From NCBI GenBank assembly GCA_029258835.1, contig JAPDJY010000076.1, forward strand, positions 1 through 52,812: a DNA stretch of 52,812 nt, in the 5' to 3' direction. Positions 48,443-52,812 of the stretch are shown piece by piece (position 1 is the stretch's first letter; each line of letters begins with the position of its first letter). The position numbers and the translations under genes are program-made. A model generated the notes under the pieces. It was not told the origin of the DNA. It was given only the letters and a program-made list of their open reading frames with translations, and searched no databases. This DNA comes from Thermoproteota archaeon. Lineage in GTDB: Archaea; Asgardarchaeota; Jordiarchaeia; Jordiarchaeales; Freyrarchaeaceae.

Positions 48443-50767
48443 CTAAAGCGGGTGAAACATGCTTTTCAATGTAAAATATGATGAGAGGGCGTTAGCCTTC
48501 CCGTACCCGTAGAAGGGGTCAAAGCCGGGTGGACCTAGGTCGTGGCAAGCGGCACCATATATTAAAGCCTGCCTCACGGCGATACCCCTGACTTCTTGAG
48601 GTACATGCAGTTTCTCAGCTGCGTGATGAAGGAGGGCGGCTACTCCCGCCACCACGGGGGCTGAACCGCTAGTGTATGGTCCCGGCGCCACCAAGTCTGG
48701 CTTTGGCGTGCTCCATCCCGGCCCTACGGCGCTTGCCGGCAGGTAAGCCCAAGAGTCGTCATTGTAACTTTGAGTTGCCCCTACGGTGACTGCAAGGTCC
48801 GCCGTCCCAGGGGTAAATATCGAGTTGAGATGGTTTTCCGCCGGATTCAGGTATGTTCCAGCTGCAGCGACAACCGTTATTCCAGCTAAAGCAGCCTTCT
48901 CTATTGCCTCATCTATTGGTCCTCCAGTCCCCTCCCGGTTGCCCATGCTTAGGTTTATAACTGAAATGTTGAATCTCTGCTTGTTTCGTATGCACCACTC
49001 TATGGCTTCGACTATGCGTAGGCTTGCAGGGTAGTACATTTCCCCTATTTCCAGCTGGACTTTAAGGTCTATTAGGTTCGCGTGGGGGGCTATCCCCGCC
49101 ACCCCTGCTATCGTCCTCGCAACGAATGTCCCATGATACTTGCTACCGGCCGGGGTTAGGTCTCCAACTAGGAGCGGATCACCCTCCTCCCCCGTTATGA
49201 AGTTCACTTGGTAGAGTATGCGTCCCTCGCTTTTACCCGATATTTCCGGGTCGGCATCGTTGATTCCCGAGTCTATGACTGCGACTGTCACGCCACGCCC
49301 GGTTATGTTTAACGCATGGAGAACGTCTGCGTCGATCGAGTACACTGCTGGGTGGAGGGTGAACGTTGGGGGCTTCGAGGGGTTCCTGTCCAACAGGACG
49401 TATTCCACATTGAACTCTCCCACCAAGCTCCTAACCAGGTTTTTCCAGTTGTTAGTTGAAGCGTTCAGAACTCCGTAAACAAGGTTGACGGGGGTCCTGT
49501 AAACTGCCGGCCTACCTGAGTGGTTCGATATTTTAAAGTATGGTAAGGCGTTCAGCCTTTCTAGGACGTCGTCTGGAAGGGAGGGGAAGCGCAGTATTAC
49601 GTGTATGGGGCCAGGTGGGCTCTCCAGCTCCAGTATGGACGGGTCTATTCGGCCGTCAACTGACATGGGAGGAGGGGTCAGCGGAGTTAGGGTTAAGGGA
49701 TGGAGGGGGAGGGAGGGTGGATAAGTGAAAAGGAGGAGGAGAAGGGGGGTGATGAGCAGCGCTTGAGGAGGCTTAGGGAGGTTGGTGCTGGAGTGAAGTA
49801 GCATTAAGGCTGCTAGACCCACGGTTAACCATACAAGGGGGGCTGGCTCTACGGCTACCGGCCTGAGGGGGTGAGCCAGCATCCTATATAGCGTCGGGTA
49901 GGAAAGGATGAGGGCGATGCAGGAGAGGAGGGAGGCTTGCTCCAGCCTCCTAGTCGAGGAGAGTGCTACCCCTCCCAGAAGCGTGGCTACCGAGATGCAC
50001 GTGAAAACGTTGAAGTGGAGGGGGAATGCTGAATGGATCAGGTGGTCGTACCATCCTAGAATGGAGGCTGCCCTTTCAGCTACGAACGACTCCGAAGCTG
50101 GAAGGAGGATTGTGGGCGTAAACGTCAACGCTGCTGCCACCTTTCCAGCCAAGTTTTTCGCTGGTGGCCTGACGCCTATAAGGCCGCAGGCGAAGACCAG
50201 GAGGGATGCTGTTAGGGCGGACGAGGAGGGGCCGGTGGGGAGCAGAAGAAAGTACGAGTCCAGCCCTAATATTAGGGTTGGGGATTGGTTGAAGAGTAAG
50301 AGAGGGAGGAGGAGAGATGCGGACGCTGCTAGGGGGAGGTAATCCTTCACCGAGGAGAAGCCTTTAATGGAGCGAAGCCAGCTTACGAAGTAGAGGATGG
50401 AGGGGAGAACCCACATTGCCTGCCTCGTGAAACCGTCCCAAAGCGTTATGGATAAGTTCTGGACCCTTAAGAGTATGGTGTATCCTGACAGGACTGCCAT
50501 GTAGGATAGGAAGACTTGGGTGCCCGCGGAGAGAGCGTAGTTGAGGTTATCTCGGCCTCCAGCCGCTAAGGGAAGCGAGAGGAGAGCCGCGGAGAGGATT
50601 AAGAGTGGAAGGGAGAAAGGTAGGGCAGACGATGAGAGGATAAGGGGGGTTAACCATTCAACTTGGAGGTTTAGGCTGAACACCGAGGAGAAAGCGAGGA
50701 GAAGACCTAGGAGGAGGCTGAAGCGCGTGAAGACAGGATCTCGGACATTCAAAAGGCAACCCTCCAC
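48443..50767 (-). CDS. S8 subtilase fused to a large polytopic N-terminal membrane domain
   Basis: VAVIDSG (Asp), HGTFVA (His), TSGSAPVVAG (Ser), VINLSMG, KPDLVAPG, GFDPFYGYG; first ~350 aa contain many hydrophobic segments. Confidence 0.85.
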   Translation of the reverse strand: MEGCLLNVRDPVFTRFSLLLGLLLAFSSVFSLNLQVEWLTPLILSSSALPFSLPLLILSAALLSLPLAAGGRDNLNYALSAGTQVFLSYMAVLSGYTILLRVQNLSITLWDGFTRQAMWVLPSILYFVSWLRSIKGFSSVKDYLPLAASASLLLPLLLFNQSPTLILGLDSYFLLLPTGPSSSALTASLLVFACGLIGVRPPAKNLAGKVAAALTFTPTILLPASESFVAERAASILGWYDHLIHSAFPLHFNVFTCISVATLLGGVALSSTRRLEQASLLSCIALILSYPTLYRMLAHPLRPVAVEPAPLVWLTVGLAALMLLHSSTNLPKPPQALLITPLLLLLFTYPPSLPLHPLTLTPLTPPPMSVDGRIDPSILELESPPGPIHVILRFPSLPDDVLERLNALPYFKISNHSGRPAVYRTPVNLVYGVLNASTNNWKNLVRSLVGEFNVEYVLLDRNPSKPPTFTLHPAVYSIDADVLHALNITGRGVTVAVIDSGINDADPEISGKSEGRILYQVNFITGEEGDPLLVGDLTPAGSKYHGTFVARTIAGVAGIAPHANLIDLKVQLEIGEMYYPASLRIVEAIEWCIRNKQRFNISVINLSMGNREGTGGPIDEAIEKAALAGITVVAAAGTYLNPAENHLNSIFTPGTADLAVTVGATQSYNDDSWAYLPASAVGPGWSTPKPDLVAPGPYTSGSAPVVAGVAALLHHAAEKLHVPQEVRGIAVRQALIYGAACHDLGPPGFDPFYGYGKANALSSYFTLKSMFHPL

Positions 50768-50925
50768 ACAGCGATAAAGAGATAAGACGAAAAAGTAATA
50801 ATTTTTTCCTCAAGGCAGTTAGAGCCCTCTAAATGTAACGTTGCCACCCCGTTTTAGTGGCTGGTGAAGACATATTAATGGGTTTAAGTCATCTTTTACT
50901 GATAAAGGCATGGTGGTGAGTTAAA

Positions 50926-52011
50926 ATTATAATTAGCTCGGTTAGAGCATCCGTCCTCAAGCTGCCTTTTTCGATAAAGATCGGGGCTATGCCTAGGATT
51001 CCTGCTTCCGGGACCCTCGTCGAGGTTGAGACGGATGAGGGGATCATTGGATACTCGATGACGCATCTTCCGGTTTCTGACAGGGCTTTAGCAAGGTACA
51101 TCGAAGACGTGCTTGGGAGAATAGTCGTCGGTAAGGATCCATTCATGGTTGAGGCGATATGGAGGGACGTGTACAACACGTGTAACAGGATTCTCTTCGG
51201 TATAGCTCAGGCTACGAGCGCTGTGGAGTGCGCGATCTGGGATGTGATTGGGAAGGCGTTGAAGACTCCTGTTTACAGGCTTCTCGGCGGGTTTAAGGAG
51301 AAGGTTAGAGCTTACGCTAGCTTCCCATTCGCCTTGAAGCCTAAGGCAGCCAGCCAGATGGCTGAAACCGCTAGGAAGAGAGGGTTTAACGCTGTGAAGG
51401 TGAGGATAGGAGAAGGACTCAGAAGGGACGAAGAGATCATAAGGACCGTTAGGGAGGAGCATCCAGACATTGAAATAATGGTGGATGCAAACTCGGGGTA
51501 TGAGACGGTGAGGGAAGCCGTCAGGCTTTCCGAGATATGTGAGGCGTACAATGTAAGGTGGCTTGAGGAGCCGCTCCCATCAGATAACTTGTCAGCTCTC
51601 GCAGAGCTCAGGGCACGTTCAGGCGTTGACATAGCTGGAGGGGAAAACGACTTCTCAATATTCAGGTTTAAGGAGATACTGGACGCAGGAGCATACGACA
51701 TAGTTCAGCCGGATGCAACCAGATGCGGAGGGATACTCCAGTGCAGGAAGATAGCTGCCATGGCTGAGGCCTACGGGGTGGAGGCGACGCCGCACATATT
51801 TGGCTTTGGATTGGTAATGGCGGCTAACCTGCAGGTCATAGCTGCAAGTTACAACTCCCCATGGATGGAGTACCCTCTCTTCCCAGAGGAGTTTTACATG
51901 CTGGAAGAGCCGATAAGAGTTGAGGACGGGTACGCTGTGGTGCCCAAGGAGCCCGGGTTGGGTGTAAGGCTTAACTTTGAAACAATAGAAAGGTTCCTTG
52001 AGAAGAGCTAG
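50926..52011 (+). CDS. Mandelate racemase/muconate lactonizing enzyme family protein (track start 50989; probable non-canonical start at 50926 or 50929)
   Basis: VETDEGIIG, AIWDVIGK, KVRIG, MVDAN, WLEEP, GEN, QPD, PGLGV. Confidence 0.9.
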   Translation: MIISSVRASVLKLPFSIKIGAMPRIPASGTLVEVETDEGIIGYSMTHLPVSDRALARYIEDVLGRIVVGKDPFMVEAIWRDVYNTCNRILFGIAQATSAVECAIWDVIGKALKTPVYRLLGGFKEKVRAYASFPFALKPKAASQMAETARKRGFNAVKVRIGEGLRRDEEIIRTVREEHPDIEIMVDANSGYETVREAVRLSEICEAYNVRWLEEPLPSDNLSALAELRARSGVDIAGGENDFSIFRFKEILDAGAYDIVQPDATRCGGILQCRKIAAMAEAYGVEATPHIFGFGLVMAANLQVIAASYNSPWMEYPLFPEEFYMLEEPIRVEDGYAVVPKEPGLGVRLNFETIERFLEKS

Positions 52012-52016
52012 GTTTT

Positions 52017-52812
52017 TCATGGTGAGAGGTACTTCATTGCTGCCATAGCGTATGCCTTAGCCGCCAGGGGGAGTTGGCTTACCTCAACGTACTCGTCAGC
52101 GGTGTGGGCTTTCTCGGGATCCCCCGGCCCAAATATTATGCTTGGTATGCCTGCATGGATTAAGTGCGATGCGTCCGTAGCGTATGACATGGAGGCGATC
52201 TGCGGCCTTCTTCCGGTTAGCTTCTCTACGGAGGCGACGACACAATCGACTATGGGAAGGTTTTGATCTACTAGGGCTGGAGGGATAACTGTGATGGCTG
52301 CTACTTCAGCTTTTAAGTCTCTATCTTCCTTCATAAGCTCGGAAATTAATTCTTCAAACTCCCTCTGAACCTCCTCGGCTGTTTCCCCTATGATCGTTCT
52401 CCTGTCAACTTGGATGATGCACTGGTCTGGAACCATGTTGAGTGCGCTGCCGCCTTTTATGATGCCGACGTTGAATGATGGGTTTCCGAGGATGGGGTGA
52501 CGCTTCCCCTCGTAGATTTCCGGAAGGACCTCCTCCATTTTCAACAGGATTTTCGCAGCTTTCATCACGGCGTTAACACCCTTCTCCGGCATGCTGCCAT
52601 GGGCGCTCTTGCCATGCACGGTTATCGTTACGGGGGTGATCCCTCTAGCCCCTATTATTACGTTAAGGTTTGTTGGTTCCCCTACAATGGCGCAGTCGGC
52701 TTTCAACCCGTCCCTGATAAGCTTTAACGTCCCAGCGCTCCCTGTCTCCTCACCGGAGACGGCCGTGAACATTAAGGTGCCCTTAAGCTTTACCCCTGTT
52801 GCGCTGAGGGCG
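52017..52812 (-). CDS. M20 metallopeptidase (ArgE/DapE family), 5' end outside window
   Basis: GEETG, VGEPT, GKSAHGS, NMVPD, ATDA, FGPG..AHTADE. Confidence 0.88.
   Translation of the reverse strand, partial: ALSATGVKLKGTLMFTAVSGEETGSAGTLKLIRDGLKADCAIVGEPTNLNVIIGARGITPVTITVHGKSAHGSMPEKGVNAVMKAAKILLKMEEVLPEIYEGKRHPILGNPSFNVGIIKGGSALNMVPDQCIIQVDRRTIIGETAEEVQREFEELISELMKEDRDLKAEVAAITVIPPALVDQNLPIVDCVVASVEKLTGRRPQIASMSYATDASHLIHAGIPSIIFGPGDPEKAHTADEYVEVSQLPLAAKAYAMAAMKYLSP

Overview
Archaeal chromosomal window with about 55 genes and one tRNA; no CRISPR array, rRNA or recognisable mobile element. Housekeeping content is archaeal (TFE, Trm56, aMBF1, PAN, NAC, TrmI, A/V-ATPase D, HdrABC/MvhD). Eukaryotic-signature-like proteins (gelsolin-domain protein, Rab-like GTPase, longin-like protein) suggest an Asgard archaeon; this is an inference, not a phylogeny. 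The main finding is the tetraether lipid synthase gene (tes/GDGT-MAS, MJ0619 family), which the ORF track splits in two. It is interrupted inside its radical-SAM CxxxCxxC motif by a 55-nt hairpin (4619-4673) flanked by a bulge-helix-bulge motif. Excision at the canonical positions restores CNLRCPICF and a 517-aa ORF, so this looks like a tRNA-type intron in an mRNA. A tRNA-Ser(GCT) with three introns indicates this splicing machinery is in use. Other observations: a second BHB-like structure in a 5' leader, a Cdc48-N-like/vWA fusion, a polytopic membrane subtilase, a small Zn-ribbon ORF absent from the track, a probable non-canonical start codon and several pseudogenes. All family calls come from motif recognition by eye; no database searches were run.
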